Both the position numbers and the translations under genes were made by a program. Below the pieces are notes generated by a model, which saw only the letters and a program-made list of their open reading frames with translations, was not told the DNA's origin and ran no database searches. From a virus, in the IMG/VR virus record IMGVR_UViG_3300027486_000001, positions 1-37,161 of that record: a stretch of DNA of 37,161 bases; one strand, 5' to 3'. This document shows positions 1-9,180 of this stretch, in pieces; the stretch's first letter is position 1, and each line of letters opens with the position of its first letter.

Positions 1-127
1 CGCTGCGCTGATCCTGAAAACTGGAAAGATGCTTCCGTCTGGATGGTTTGCAATCCGCAAGCCATCTTGCGAATCTCCTATTTGTTGCAACCCTGATCAC
101 TCGTTTGCTGGTGATGGGAAGGCTTAC
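1..127. repeat. Terminal exact duplication (1-127 = 37035-37161), marking a circular or terminally redundant 37034-bp unit
   Basis: The window opens CGCTGCGCTGATCCTGAAAACTGGAAAG. The identical string restarts at 37035 and runs to the final base (...GGTGATGGGAAGGCTTAC). A 127-nt overlap is a typical assembler k-mer size. Confidence 0.9.
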
Positions 128-382
128 GGGCAGTCAATCCGAGAGCAAGAAATCTTCAAGAACTCGCCTAAGCGAATTGCAGCAAATCGCAAGATCGCAA
201 GCCAGAAAACCCGTAAGTTGACAAACCAGCAGGCAAGTGAAATTCGCCAAGATGATCGATCAACTATTGCAATTGCTGCGGAGTATGGCGTCAGCAAGAC
301 GACAGTCAATGACATCAAGCGTGGTTTGCGGTATCGCCAAACGATACGAGGCGCGTCCATTTTCAGCATGGGGGCAGCATGA
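1..382 (+). CDS. 3' portion of the junction-spanning gene (5' part at 36853-37161): degenerate HNH_3-like N-domain plus C-terminal helix-turn-helix
   Basis: ORF 29-382 is in frame with ATG 36853 across the junction (29+37034-36853 = 210), giving 187 aa. The N part has the CWLW...CCNPDH pattern of phage HNH_3-type endonucleases, but without a clear catalytic His. The C part (KLTNQQASEIRQDDRSTIAIAAEYGVSKTTVNDIKRG) looks like an HTH. Confidence 0.7.
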   Translation, partial: AALILKTGKMLPSGWFAIRKPSCESPICCNPDHSFAGDGKAYGQSIREQEIFKNSPKRIAANRKIASQKTRKLTNQQASEIRQDDRSTIAIAAEYGVSKTTVNDIKRGLRYRQTIRGASIFSMGAA

Positions 383-861
383 CTAAACCCCGTAAGAAGT
401 ACAAGCCAAAGCACGTCAACCCTGTGTCTTGGAAAGTAGCCGTCATGGGGCAATGCCTCCTGACTGAAGACGATCAAGCCAACTTTGCCGCACCCGTAAA
501 ACTTGCAGTGGATAACGCTGCAAAGGGTTGCGCCTCTAAGCCTGACTGGCAAGCGATCTTTGACGTCATCAACATGATCGACACGTTTTCGACCATGCCA
601 AAGGTGATGGAAAACGCTACCGATTACGCCAGAGGGATTCAAAACGTGATTGAGCGTCTTCTGAATCGCCAAAAGGCGACAGGCTCCACTTCGCTGTATT
701 CGCATGAGCTGGCAGACCTGCGCGGCTTGGTTGATCTGTGGTGTGAGGTGCTGACGGTCGTCACGATGGCCGAATACCTGCAATGCCAGGAAAAGACGCA
801 CGTTCGGATTGTTCAGGCGCTGCGTTGCAAGACCGGCGCGATTGTTGTGGAGGCTCCATGA
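379..861 (+). CDS. Hypothetical phage protein (160 aa)
   Basis: ATGA start/stop overlap with the upstream gene (379-382). The frame stays open and the stop overlaps the next start. I recognised no motif. Confidence 0.7.
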   Translation: MTKPRKKYKPKHVNPVSWKVAVMGQCLLTEDDQANFAAPVKLAVDNAAKGCASKPDWQAIFDVINMIDTFSTMPKVMENATDYARGIQNVIERLLNRQKATGSTSLYSHELADLRGLVDLWCEVLTVVTMAEYLQCQEKTHVRIVQALRCKTGAIVVEAP

Positions 862-1040
862 AAACAGAAGGAACAGCAAACGACACCCTTGCCAGCCATT
901 TGGAAAACCTCAAGGGCATCAGAGATACGCAGCAAAGGCGCGACTACATCGAGCGTGTGCAGGTCAAAGAAGGCAAGTTCGTGGCTCAGTGGCTCAAAGA
1001 CGAGTTCGCGGCTTGGTGGTGGAAGGAGCAGAAAGCATGA
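858..1040 (+). CDS. Small hypothetical protein (60 aa, Trp-rich C terminus)
   Basis: Internal ATG at 858 in track ORF 783-1040. GGAGG at 849-853 lies 4 nt upstream, and ATGA overlaps the previous stop. Confidence 0.6.
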   Translation: MKTEGTANDTLASHLENLKGIRDTQQRRDYIERVQVKEGKFVAQWLKDEFAAWWWKEQKA

Positions 1041-1138
1041 TCCCAACGACAACCCAAATCCTATTTGCTTCCGGCTGGATCGTTGGAGCCCTGCAAATGC
1101 TCGCTGTGTGCGTGTACTGGTCTAAGAGGGGGCGGTGA
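1037..1138 (+). CDS. Micro-ORF (33 aa) with one predicted transmembrane helix
   Basis: ATG 1037 overlaps stop 1038-1040 (ATGA), and its own stop overlaps the next ATG (TGATG at 1136-1140). Peptide is MIPTTTQILFASGWIVGALQMLAVCVYWSKRGR. GGAAGGAG lies upstream. Confidence 0.45.
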   Translation: MIPTTTQILFASGWIVGALQMLAVCVYWSKRGR

Positions 1139-1545
1139 TGATCGTGACACTTCACAACCCCCAGCAAGGCCACTCCGCATTGATGGCGCTTTGGACTCAA
1201 GCCAAGGCTCATCTGATGGCAGGCCAGCCAATGTGCGTCGAACTCAAAGAGAAGACACGCAGCGTTGAGCAAAACGCCCGCATGTGGGCAATGTTGTCTG
1301 ACGTCTCCAAGCAAGTCGATTGGTACGGCCAAAAGCTGACACCAGACGAATGGAAGGACGTCTTCAGCGCATCCCTTAAGAAGCAAAAGGCTGTGCCCGG
1401 TCTGGATGGAGGATTTGTCATCCTAGGCCAGCGCACATCAAAAATGAGCATCCGAGAAATGGGTGAACTGATGGAACTGATTGAGGCGTTTGGTGCTGAA
1501 AAGGGCGTTCGGTTCTCGGCTCCTGAATATGCGGAGGTGGCATGA
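1138..1545 (+). CDS. ninB: NinB/Orf-family recombination mediator
   Basis: About 135 aa. The core RSVEQNARMWAMLSDVSKQVDWYGQKLTPDEWKDVFSASLKKQ...GFVILGQRTSKMSIREMGELMELIEAFGAEKGV matches the lambda NinB family pattern as I recall it. The track lists a GTG start at 1135, but ATG 1138 is coupled to the upstream stop. Confidence 0.85.
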   Translation: MIVTLHNPQQGHSALMALWTQAKAHLMAGQPMCVELKEKTRSVEQNARMWAMLSDVSKQVDWYGQKLTPDEWKDVFSASLKKQKAVPGLDGGFVILGQRTSKMSIREMGELMELIEAFGAEKGVRFSAPEYAEVA

Positions 1546-2132
1546 GAGTGCTGATTGCCTGCGAATACTCCGGTCGCGTCCGAAATGCTTTTCGCTCTTT
1601 AGGTCATGACGCATGGTCTTGCGATCTTCTTGATGCTGAGGATGACTCAGTGTTTCACCTAAAAGGAAGCTGCCTTGACCATATTGGGGGGGGGTGGGAT
1701 CTGATGGTTGCGCACCCTCCATGCACGCATCTTGCTGTGTCTGGTTCTCGCTGGTTCCCTGAGAAGGTCGCAAGCGGAGAGCAAAAAGAGGCAATCGAAT
1801 TTTTCCTTGAACTAGCTCGCGCACCTATCCCACGGATTGCCATAGAAAACCCGATTTGCATCATGTCGAGCGTGTGGCGTGAGCCCGATCAAATAATTCA
1901 GCCTTGGCAATTTGGGCACGGAGAAACAAAAGCAACTTGCCTTTGGCTTAAGGGCCTTCCTCCGTTGGTGCCAACAAAGGTGGTTAGCGGTCGTGAGCCG
2001 CGAGTTCACCGAATGAGCCCTGGACCTGATCGATGGAAGGAGCGCAGCAGAACCTATGAAGGAATCGCCAGCGCAATGGCTAGCCAGTGGGCCGATTACT
2101 CGGATCTCGTCACGCAAATGGAGGCCGCATGA
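1542..2132 (+). CDS. Short phage-type DNA C5-cytosine methyltransferase-like protein
   Basis: 196 aa. It has a motif IV-like HPPCTHLAVSG (Pro-Cys), a motif VI-like IAIENP, and N-terminal VLIACEYSG in place of FxGxG. The C terminus reads QPWQFGHGETKATCLWLKGLPPL. No cognate endonuclease lies next to it. ATGA overlap at both ends. Confidence 0.72.
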   Translation: MRVLIACEYSGRVRNAFRSLGHDAWSCDLLDAEDDSVFHLKGSCLDHIGGGWDLMVAHPPCTHLAVSGSRWFPEKVASGEQKEAIEFFLELARAPIPRIAIENPICIMSSVWREPDQIIQPWQFGHGETKATCLWLKGLPPLVPTKVVSGREPRVHRMSPGPDRWKERSRTYEGIASAMASQWADYSDLVTQMEAA

Positions 2133-2314
2133 TCCGACAAGGCCGCAAATACCAGCACGGAAACATCGAAGTGATAGCCCTTGAGTCAGCAGACAAAGGG
2201 CACGTCAAGGTAGCCCCAATTCAATGGCCGTTTCTTGGTATGTCCTACCTCACAAAGGTTGACTCGCTCAAGAAACTGCCGCAGAAGTATTTGCAGGGGG
2301 GCTTGCCTGAATGA
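2129..2314 (+). CDS. Small hypothetical protein (61 aa)
   Basis: The in-frame ATG at 2129 overlaps the MTase stop (ATGA), and its stop overlaps the ninG start (ATGA at 2311-2314). Confidence 0.55.
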   Translation: MIRQGRKYQHGNIEVIALESADKGHVKVAPIQWPFLGMSYLTKVDSLKKLPQKYLQGGLPE

Positions 2315-2886
2315 CACCAAAGCAACCAAAGCCAAAGAAGTGCAAAGCCAAAGGCTGTGGAGTCGTGTTTTCTCCTGCGAGGCCCATGCAATGCGTTTGC
2401 TCTCCTGCTTGCGCTCAGTTGCTCGCAAGGGCGAAGACAGAGCAAGCAGAGACAAAGAAGATCAGAGCGCAAAAGAAAGCAGACCGTGAGCGATTGCAGG
2501 AACTCAAGCCAAAGACATATTGGGCAGATCGGGCACAACGCCAGGTCAACCGATACGTGCGGCTTCGTGATCGTGGTCGACCCTGCATATCCTGCCAAAC
2601 GCCTTGGCGGCCAGATTTTCAGGCGGGCCATTGGTTCACAACAAAGGCTCACCCTGAGTTGCGATATGACCTAGACAACATCAACGCACAGTGCATCACA
2701 TGCAACCACCACAAATCAGGAAATGCCGCCGAGTACCGGATAAACCTAGTCGAGCGAATCGGACCTGAGCGAGTTGATGCGCTTGAATCATTCAAGCCGT
2801 CACAGAGATTGACAAGAGAAGACTACCAACGCATTGAAGCGCAGTTCAAGCAATTGGCAGACCAGCTAGAGAAGGAACAAGGATGA
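2311..2886 (+). CDS. ninG: NinG/Rap-family structure-specific endonuclease
   Basis: 191 aa. It has an N-terminal Cys cluster (CKAKGCG...CVCSPAC), a basic coiled segment, and a C-terminal HNH-like block (CISCQ...GHW...H...NINAQCITCNHHKSGN), which is the lambda NinG layout. It sits in a nin-like region upstream of the terminase genes. Confidence 0.85.
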   Translation: MTPKQPKPKKCKAKGCGVVFSPARPMQCVCSPACAQLLARAKTEQAETKKIRAQKKADRERLQELKPKTYWADRAQRQVNRYVRLRDRGRPCISCQTPWRPDFQAGHWFTTKAHPELRYDLDNINAQCITCNHHKSGNAAEYRINLVERIGPERVDALESFKPSQRLTREDYQRIEAQFKQLADQLEKEQG

Positions 2887-3176
2887 GCGAAAACGTCAAA
2901 GTGACGAAAAGTGTCACAAAGAAGATGCCGAAAGGAGGCAGCCGAAAGGGTGTCCCTAACAAAGTAACCAAGGAGCTAAAGGACATGATCCTACAAGCCC
3001 TTGATAACGCTGGCGGGGTCGATTACCTCGCAGAACGCGCATCAGATCCCCGCACTGCTTCGGCGTTCCTGACGCTGGTTGGCAAAACGCTGCCAATGAC
3101 AGTCAAGGGTCCAGGAGAAAACGGGGAGCACATCTTCCAGAAAATCATCGTTGAAGTGGTGAAGGCTGAAAAGTGA
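2883..3176 (+). CDS. Candidate small terminase subunit / DNA-binding protein
   Basis: 97 aa with a basic N terminus (KKMPKGGSRKGVPNKVTKELK) and then a helical region. It lies immediately upstream of terL and is translationally coupled to it. The call rests on position and composition only. Confidence 0.5.
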   Translation: MSENVKVTKSVTKKMPKGGSRKGVPNKVTKELKDMILQALDNAGGVDYLAERASDPRTASAFLTLVGKTLPMTVKGPGENGEHIFQKIIVEVVKAEK

Positions 3177-4396
3177 ACGAACTACGGATTCGTGTGCCTG
3201 AAGCGTACCTTCCGCTAGAGGGCGAGCATCGCTACATTGGCGCTCACGGTGGCCGTGGGTCTGGTAAGTCGCACTACTTTGGCGAGAGGTGGCTGCGCGA
3301 GAACATCGAGGGGAAAATGGATTTCGTGTGTCTGCGCGAAACCTTGAAATCCCTTGAGTTCTCCGTCAAGAAGCTGCTAGAGGGGAAAATTCAGCGATAC
3401 AACGCCGGGTATTACTTCGAGATTCAAGACCGACGGATCACGTCAAAGCATGGCGGCGTGACCATCTTCGAGGGAATGCAGAACCACACAGCGGACTCGA
3501 TCAAGTCTCTGGAAGGCTTTGATCGCGCATGGTTTGAAGAGTCGCAAGCAGCCAGCGACAAGAGCTTGACCCTTCTTCGACCAACTATCCGTAAACCGGG
3601 TAGCCAACTTTGGTTTAGCTGGAATCCCGACAAGGCTAGCGACCCAATCGACACGCTGCTGCGTGGTGATGTGCTGCCACCTGGCGCTGCGGTTGTCGAG
3701 GTGAACTATTGGGACAACCCAGAGTTCCCGGACGAGTTGCGACAAGAAATGGAGTACGACAAGAAGCGCGACCCAGACAAATACGCTCACGTCTGGTGCG
3801 GGAAGTATCGCCAGAACAGCGAGGCACGAGTATTCAAGAATTGGCGCGTCGATGAGTTCGACAACGATCCATCATGGATATTGCGTCAGGGCGCTGACTG
3901 GGGGTTCAGCATTGACCCGTCCGTGTTGGTTCAGTGCTCTATCGTTGGCCGCACGCTGTACATCAGCCACGAAGCGTACAGAGTTGGGTGTGAGGTTGAC
4001 TTCTTGCCGGACCTGTTCCGATCTATCCCAGACGCGGAGAAATGGCCGACGATTGCAGACTCAGCCAGGCCGGAAACCATCAGCTACATGCAGCGACACG
4101 GATTCCCAAAGATGCTGGCCGCAATCAAAGGTGCAAGGAGTCTTGAGGAAGGGATCGAGTTCCTGCGCTCATTTGACATCGTTGTCCATCCTCGTTGCGT
4201 CCACACCATCCAAGAGCTAACAGCGTACAGCTACGAGGTTGACTCCCTGACTGGTTTGATCCTGCCAAAGCTGAAAGACAAGGACAACCACGTCATTGAT
4301 GCGATCAGGTACGCATGCGAGGGTGCAAGACGAGCGGCAAAGGTTGGCAATCAGTACGACTTCACCCAATCAGCAGCCCAAGGGCTTAGCTTATGA
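3173..4396 (+). CDS. terL: Terminase large subunit (PBSX / Terminase_3 type)
   Basis: GTG start at 3173 overlaps the upstream stop. It has Walker A GAHGGRGSGKSH and a Walker B-like FDRAWFEES. RNaseH-like nuclease motifs GADWGFSIDPS and DNHVIDAIRYA follow. 407 aa. Confidence 0.93.
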   Translation: MNELRIRVPEAYLPLEGEHRYIGAHGGRGSGKSHYFGERWLRENIEGKMDFVCLRETLKSLEFSVKKLLEGKIQRYNAGYYFEIQDRRITSKHGGVTIFEGMQNHTADSIKSLEGFDRAWFEESQAASDKSLTLLRPTIRKPGSQLWFSWNPDKASDPIDTLLRGDVLPPGAAVVEVNYWDNPEFPDELRQEMEYDKKRDPDKYAHVWCGKYRQNSEARVFKNWRVDEFDNDPSWILRQGADWGFSIDPSVLVQCSIVGRTLYISHEAYRVGCEVDFLPDLFRSIPDAEKWPTIADSARPETISYMQRHGFPKMLAAIKGARSLEEGIEFLRSFDIVVHPRCVHTIQELTAYSYEVDSLTGLILPKLKDKDNHVIDAIRYACEGARRAAKVGNQYDFTQSAAQGLSL

Positions 4397-4605
4397 AAAA
4401 CGAACAACCCAACCCATGGCAGTTTGCACGGCTCCGCGAGATGCGGCGACTAATGGCCTTTATTGCCGGTCCTGTAGGGCCTCAGCACACCTTTTGGGAT
4501 GACATCAGTGAGATCGACTCAGCTACTGGATTTGGTGGTTCAAGGCGGCTTGATATGAGCATTCCTGACCTGATCGCATATCTAGAACAGCGGCTGAAGG
4601 ACTAG
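4393..4605 (+). CDS. Hypothetical protein (70 aa)
   Basis: ATGA overlap with the terL stop, lying between terminase and portal. No motif recognised. Confidence 0.6.
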   Translation: MKNEQPNPWQFARLREMRRLMAFIAGPVGPQHTFWDDISEIDSATGFGGSRRLDMSIPDLIAYLEQRLKD

Positions 4606-4719
4606 GCATGTATAAAACGCCAGTATTGCGCTGATGCTTTCTATCTGATAAGCTGCGCCCAAATAGCGCAAGTTTAGACTGCGCGACCATTTACTAACGT
4701 CGAGAGACGCCGTAAACCT

Positions 4720-6918
4720 ATGACTGACGCACTCAAAGAGGCGCAGCGTCTCTATCAGGAGGCGCTTGACGCTTCGCGGGATCAGCGTTCCCAGATCGAT
4801 GAGGATCTGCGCTTTTCTGACCCATCCGACCCCCAGCAATGGGACGAGGATGTGAAGCGCCAGCGTGAGCAAGACCCAGGCGGAAAGCGACCTTGCCTTG
4901 TGCTTGACCAGACAGGTCAATACGTGTCGAACGTATCAGGCCAGATTGAGCAGCAGCCGCCAAGCCTCCATGCAATCCCGGAAACTGGCGGTGCTGAGAA
5001 GCAAGCAGCCGAACAACTGGACGGACGATTTCGGCAAATTGAGTACGCATCACGCGCAAGCCAGCATTACGCTCGGGCTTTGACTAGCGCGGCTCGTACT
5101 GGCGTTGGTTATCTGATTGCTCGCCCTGAGTACATCGACCGCGCATTAGGCTATCAAGCCCCTCGGATCAGTTCAGAGCCAGACCCCCTAAAGGTCGTGT
5201 TTGATCCGTGGTCAACCGAAACAGATGGTAGTGATGCCACGTTCGGCTATTTGCTGACTTCGTTCAGCCCGCGAGAGTTTGAGCGCAAATGGCCTGGCAA
5301 AGAGTTGGCCGATTTTGGCGATCCTGAGCAATCGCACCGCAACGACTCGCGCAAGTCTGTATTGATTGCCGAGCAGTGGTATCGCGATGAGGTGACGCGC
5401 AATGTCATTGTTTACATTGACGAAGCAGGGCAAGAAGTTGCCGGTACAGAGGAAGAATACTGGGCGGCGTGTCAAGCGGCTGGCGTTCAATTGCCGTATG
5501 ACCGCACGTACAAGGACAAAAAGGCTGTCGTCAAGTGGCGGCGCATGTCAGGCTGTGACGTGCTTGAGGATGGAGAGTATCCCGCCGACTTTATCGGCAT
5601 CGTGCCTGTTTACGGCTATGTCTCGTTTGTAGATGGCCGCATGAAGTATTGCGGCATCCCTCGCCGCGCCAGAGCCGCCCAGCAAGCCTACAACTATCAC
5701 AAGAGCGAATTGCTCATGCCTGGTGCGCAGTTGATGGCATCGAAGCGGGCTTTGGCTGGCGTTGAAACGATCTGGGACCGTGCTCAAGTTCAGCGTCGCG
5801 CTTTCTTGCCATACAACGATATGGATGAGATGGGCGCTGTTTCGTCGCCTACGCTGATCAAGACCGGCTCGTCATTGATTGATCACATGGCTGGTGCTGA
5901 AGCTGCGCTGCGTGACATTCAAGCGTCTGTGGGCATCTATCAAGCCAACCTTGGCGCGCCATCGAATGAAACCAGCGGCGTAGCCATTGAAAGCCGCAAG
6001 CAGCAAGGCGAGGCAAGCAACGCGCATTTCCCATCGCACCTATCCGCGTCTTTGGCTCACTTGGGCCGGATCGTCATGGATATGGATGCGCGGCTGGCTG
6101 ATACGCGCCGCCAAATGCCAATCATGGGCGTTGACGGTTCTGCTGGGCAGATCAGCGTAGATCCAGAGCAGGCCAAAGCGTTTAGCCGTACACCTGATGG
6201 CGTCACGATCAACCCGCGAGTTGGTAAGTACGGTGTTCGGGTTGTGACAGGTGCCAGCTACAGCACGCAGCGCACACAGACTAATGCAGCATTTGCCGAG
6301 ATCATGCGGGGCAACAAAGAGTTGGCTCCTGTCGTTGCGCCGTTCTGGGCTCAAACGCTGGACTTCCCAGGCTCTGATAAGTTCGCCCAAGCGATGGCAT
6401 CGATGGCCCCTCCTGCTGTCAAGGCAATCCTGACGCCAGAGGGTGGCGACAAAGGCCCAGATCCAGCGGCACTTGCGCAGCAATTGAAGCAATGCCAGGA
6501 CGCTTTGCAGGAGGCCATCCAGCACGCTCGTGAGGCTCAAGACGACGCTGATGAAGCCATGAGCGCAGCAGCAGAAGCCAAGCGATCAGCAGCCGCCAAG
6601 GAGCGGGAACTGGACATCAAGGCCTATCAAGCTGAAACGGACCGTCTGAAGGTCACAGGCGCGAACGTGGATCAGATCGAGGCGATTACCCGCGACTTGA
6701 TCAATCAAATGCTGATGCAGCCCGATCCGCTTCCCGGTGATCCGGTTACGCCAGATGACTCGATGGCGCATGAGCAGGCAGAAACACCGCAGTTTGAGCA
6801 GCAGGAAGGCGAACAGGAGCGCAACAGCATGGGCGAAGCCCCAGAGCTTGAGCAATCCGAAGCGCCATCGGAGCAACCAAATGAAATGCCATTTGCTGGC
6901 GAAGGAGAGCAGCAATGA
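4720..6918 (+). CDS. Portal protein (P22-like)
   Basis: 732 aa, the next large gene after terL. The N terminus (EDLRFSDPSDPQQW...KRPCLVLDQTGQYV) resembles P22-type portals. A long Ala/Glu/Gln-rich helical acidic tail, like the P22 portal barrel, runs from about aa 590 to 732. Confidence 0.85.
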   Translation: MTDALKEAQRLYQEALDASRDQRSQIDEDLRFSDPSDPQQWDEDVKRQREQDPGGKRPCLVLDQTGQYVSNVSGQIEQQPPSLHAIPETGGAEKQAAEQLDGRFRQIEYASRASQHYARALTSAARTGVGYLIARPEYIDRALGYQAPRISSEPDPLKVVFDPWSTETDGSDATFGYLLTSFSPREFERKWPGKELADFGDPEQSHRNDSRKSVLIAEQWYRDEVTRNVIVYIDEAGQEVAGTEEEYWAACQAAGVQLPYDRTYKDKKAVVKWRRMSGCDVLEDGEYPADFIGIVPVYGYVSFVDGRMKYCGIPRRARAAQQAYNYHKSELLMPGAQLMASKRALAGVETIWDRAQVQRRAFLPYNDMDEMGAVSSPTLIKTGSSLIDHMAGAEAALRDIQASVGIYQANLGAPSNETSGVAIESRKQQGEASNAHFPSHLSASLAHLGRIVMDMDARLADTRRQMPIMGVDGSAGQISVDPEQAKAFSRTPDGVTINPRVGKYGVRVVTGASYSTQRTQTNAAFAEIMRGNKELAPVVAPFWAQTLDFPGSDKFAQAMASMAPPAVKAILTPEGGDKGPDPAALAQQLKQCQDALQEAIQHAREAQDDADEAMSAAAEAKRSAAAKERELDIKAYQAETDRLKVTGANVDQIEAITRDLINQMLMQPDPLPGDPVTPDDSMAHEQAETPQFEQQEGEQERNSMGEAPELEQSEAPSEQPNEMPFAGEGEQQ

Positions 6919-9104
6919 CTGCTGTGACGGCTGGAACCACCAAGACATTTACGGCCCAAGTTGATGGGTCTTCGTTCGTTGTTATTGCGCCAGGCGGCGC
7001 AGCAGGCAGCGTTATTGACCAAGACGGTCGAACACAGGCGATTGACCCTAATGGCACGCGCCGAAAGTTTGGGCCACTGCGTGAGTTGCAGTCCATTACC
7101 GTCTCCATGCAAGTCGGTAACGCATCGGTTGAGTTGGATGGCTGGTCAGGCGGAATCCCGATTACTGCTGAGACGAACCCAACCGGCCAGACGGTGCTAG
7201 ACGACGCGAGCGATGCTATCGTCAACCCAGATGAGATTGCATTAAGCCGGTTTCTCTCGGACCTAAGTGGCTCAACAGATCAGCGCTCGAACTTTATCAG
7301 TGCGATGGATAGCGCCATTGCTTCCGGTAAATGGCTGGTTGTTGATAAACCATGCTTCATTAACATTCAGGCCGACTGGACAAAGCCCGTATTCCTCAAG
7401 ACAGGGCTGAGGCTGAAATTCCGAGGTGCAGGTCGCCTGATCGTAAATCAGAGCTTTGTTCCTGCGCTTCTGATCGTGAACCAAAGCGACATCAAGCTGC
7501 ACGACTTGATGGTGCAATACACAGGTCAGATGCCCGCAGTGTTCCCCGGGTGGACGGTTTCGGATAACTTTTTCAAAATCACGCTAAAAAATTGGCTTGT
7601 AGCGAACTGCGGCGTTACGTTCTCAAGTCGAGATCCACTCAACGGCGAGTCCGGAACGGCGGGAACTGCACCAGTGCTGAAGGTGCTTGGCGAAACATCT
7701 GACGTTGAAATCATTGGCCCACGCCTGTATGTGGCTGAAGGGACGCTCCCTTCCCGCTTCATGCCGTGCGCGATCACTTTCGGGGTTGAGTGGAAAAGCA
7801 ATAAGTCCATTGGTGCGGGAACTGTCAGAGATACTAACTCGGTAGCCCAACCAACCAGAATTCGAGTGTCTCGTCTTGCGATTGATGGCGCGTATCACTC
7901 CATCCATGGTTCATTATCTGACTCAGACTTTGAGGACGTTCAAGGGTTCAGATACGGTGATCTGCAAGATGATGGCGGTGGGAACCTAGGCGGGTCAGCC
8001 GAGTGGTATGCGGGCGGGCACATGTTTTATTTAACCGAGCCTTCGTCTGCGGAGGCTGGGACATACTTTTACCCGAACCGCGTAAACATCCGTCGCGTGC
8101 GTGATTTCGGCGTGAAGGTTGGTGCATTGACTACCGTGCGCAATGCCAACTCGCTCAAAATAACAAAGTCTGGTGTGGTTACGGTTGACGATTACGAAAC
8201 TCATCGTCCAGGTGGCTTCGGGGAGATCAATAACAACGATGGTGTGAGCATCCGCCGTCTGCGCGGAACGTATGACTCATCACAGTCAACATTCGGATTC
8301 CGAATTGAGACATATCAAAAAAATCTCGTCCTCGACGATTGGGATTTAACAGACCTGAATCCATCTCCGACATACATCCCGCTCAAAGGGTATGGGTACG
8401 ATGCTACAAGCAAGAATGTGCAGATTACAAATATCCGGATGCGCCTACCTGACTTTACAGGGACGGCTCACCCAGGCTTCTACCTTACCGCCGATGGTGT
8501 GAAGATTGATCTGGCGTTGTATTTGGCTGCGCACACTGCCACACAGCAGTACAGGGGGGTCATGTTGTATGACGGCAGCAACAGGGCCATCAATACGGAT
8601 TACACCGCGACGGTGTACGGCTGGCGCGCAACTGCCTCAAACTTCGACGCGCTAAAGGCTCGGATCATCCTGAATAACCCAGGCTCGTCGAGCGTCATTG
8701 GTCGTTTCGTGGATAAATCTAACGCCTATGAAGCTGAGGTTCGCGGTGGGTTCAAGCGTGAGTACAGGACTATCCATGCCGATGTCGCTATGGTTGCCGG
8801 TGCAACCGTTGCGGCAGGTATAACGATTCCTGCTAACTGGTCAGTGGTTGAGGCGGCGAGCGTGGTTAAGACTGCCCTTGGCACGACAGGCGGCGTGACG
8901 TCTTATCAGGTGGGTGTGTCCGGCACTCCTGCGCTCCTTGGCGCGTCAGACGGTGTGACGGGTGGTAAGCAGTCGATGATCGAGAGCGTCGCGTCAACCG
9001 GCGCTGATCGTGCCGTCATCCTGACCGCCGTTGGCGGCACGTTCGATGCGACCGGCAACATCCGATTGACGATCAGAGTGACGAAGGTGTCGGCATCTGA
9101 GTAA
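6915..9104 (+). CDS. Beta-helix (pectate-lyase-fold-like) protein; candidate second tailspike/depolymerase encoded inside the head module
   Basis: 729 aa with an ATGA overlap with the portal stop. It shows repetitive short beta-strand rungs rich in G/N/V/I/D (e.g. LKFRGAGRLIVNQS, IKLHDLMVQY, VEIIGPRLYV, IRVSRLAIDGAY, VNIRRVRDFGV, VSIRRLRGTY, VQITNIRMRL). The central part is AT-richer: 7561-7620 is 25/60 GC and 8281-8340 is 24/60. Confidence 0.6.
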   Translation: MTAVTAGTTKTFTAQVDGSSFVVIAPGGAAGSVIDQDGRTQAIDPNGTRRKFGPLRELQSITVSMQVGNASVELDGWSGGIPITAETNPTGQTVLDDASDAIVNPDEIALSRFLSDLSGSTDQRSNFISAMDSAIASGKWLVVDKPCFINIQADWTKPVFLKTGLRLKFRGAGRLIVNQSFVPALLIVNQSDIKLHDLMVQYTGQMPAVFPGWTVSDNFFKITLKNWLVANCGVTFSSRDPLNGESGTAGTAPVLKVLGETSDVEIIGPRLYVAEGTLPSRFMPCAITFGVEWKSNKSIGAGTVRDTNSVAQPTRIRVSRLAIDGAYHSIHGSLSDSDFEDVQGFRYGDLQDDGGGNLGGSAEWYAGGHMFYLTEPSSAEAGTYFYPNRVNIRRVRDFGVKVGALTTVRNANSLKITKSGVVTVDDYETHRPGGFGEINNNDGVSIRRLRGTYDSSQSTFGFRIETYQKNLVLDDWDLTDLNPSPTYIPLKGYGYDATSKNVQITNIRMRLPDFTGTAHPGFYLTADGVKIDLALYLAAHTATQQYRGVMLYDGSNRAINTDYTATVYGWRATASNFDALKARIILNNPGSSSVIGRFVDKSNAYEAEVRGGFKREYRTIHADVAMVAGATVAAGITIPANWSVVEAASVVKTALGTTGGVTSYQVGVSGTPALLGASDGVTGGKQSMIESVASTGADRAVILTAVGGTFDATGNIRLTIRVTKVSASE

Positions 9105-9180
9105 GCATGTCCGGCACAACAGCAAGTAACCCGTGCGAAAAAAATACCTCCGATTTGAACAATTGGGGGTATTTCGCCCA

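Noticed and set aside
124-879. A 251-aa minus-strand ORF opposite the first two + strand genes
   Set aside because: It lies antisense to two well-supported, translationally coupled genes, has an odd composition, and has no independent signals. It is a shadow ORF.
4582-4920. A 112-aa minus-strand ORF spanning the gap before the portal gene
   Set aside because: Two thirds of it lies antisense to the portal 5' end. It has no RBS and sits inside a unidirectional late operon, so it is probably spurious.
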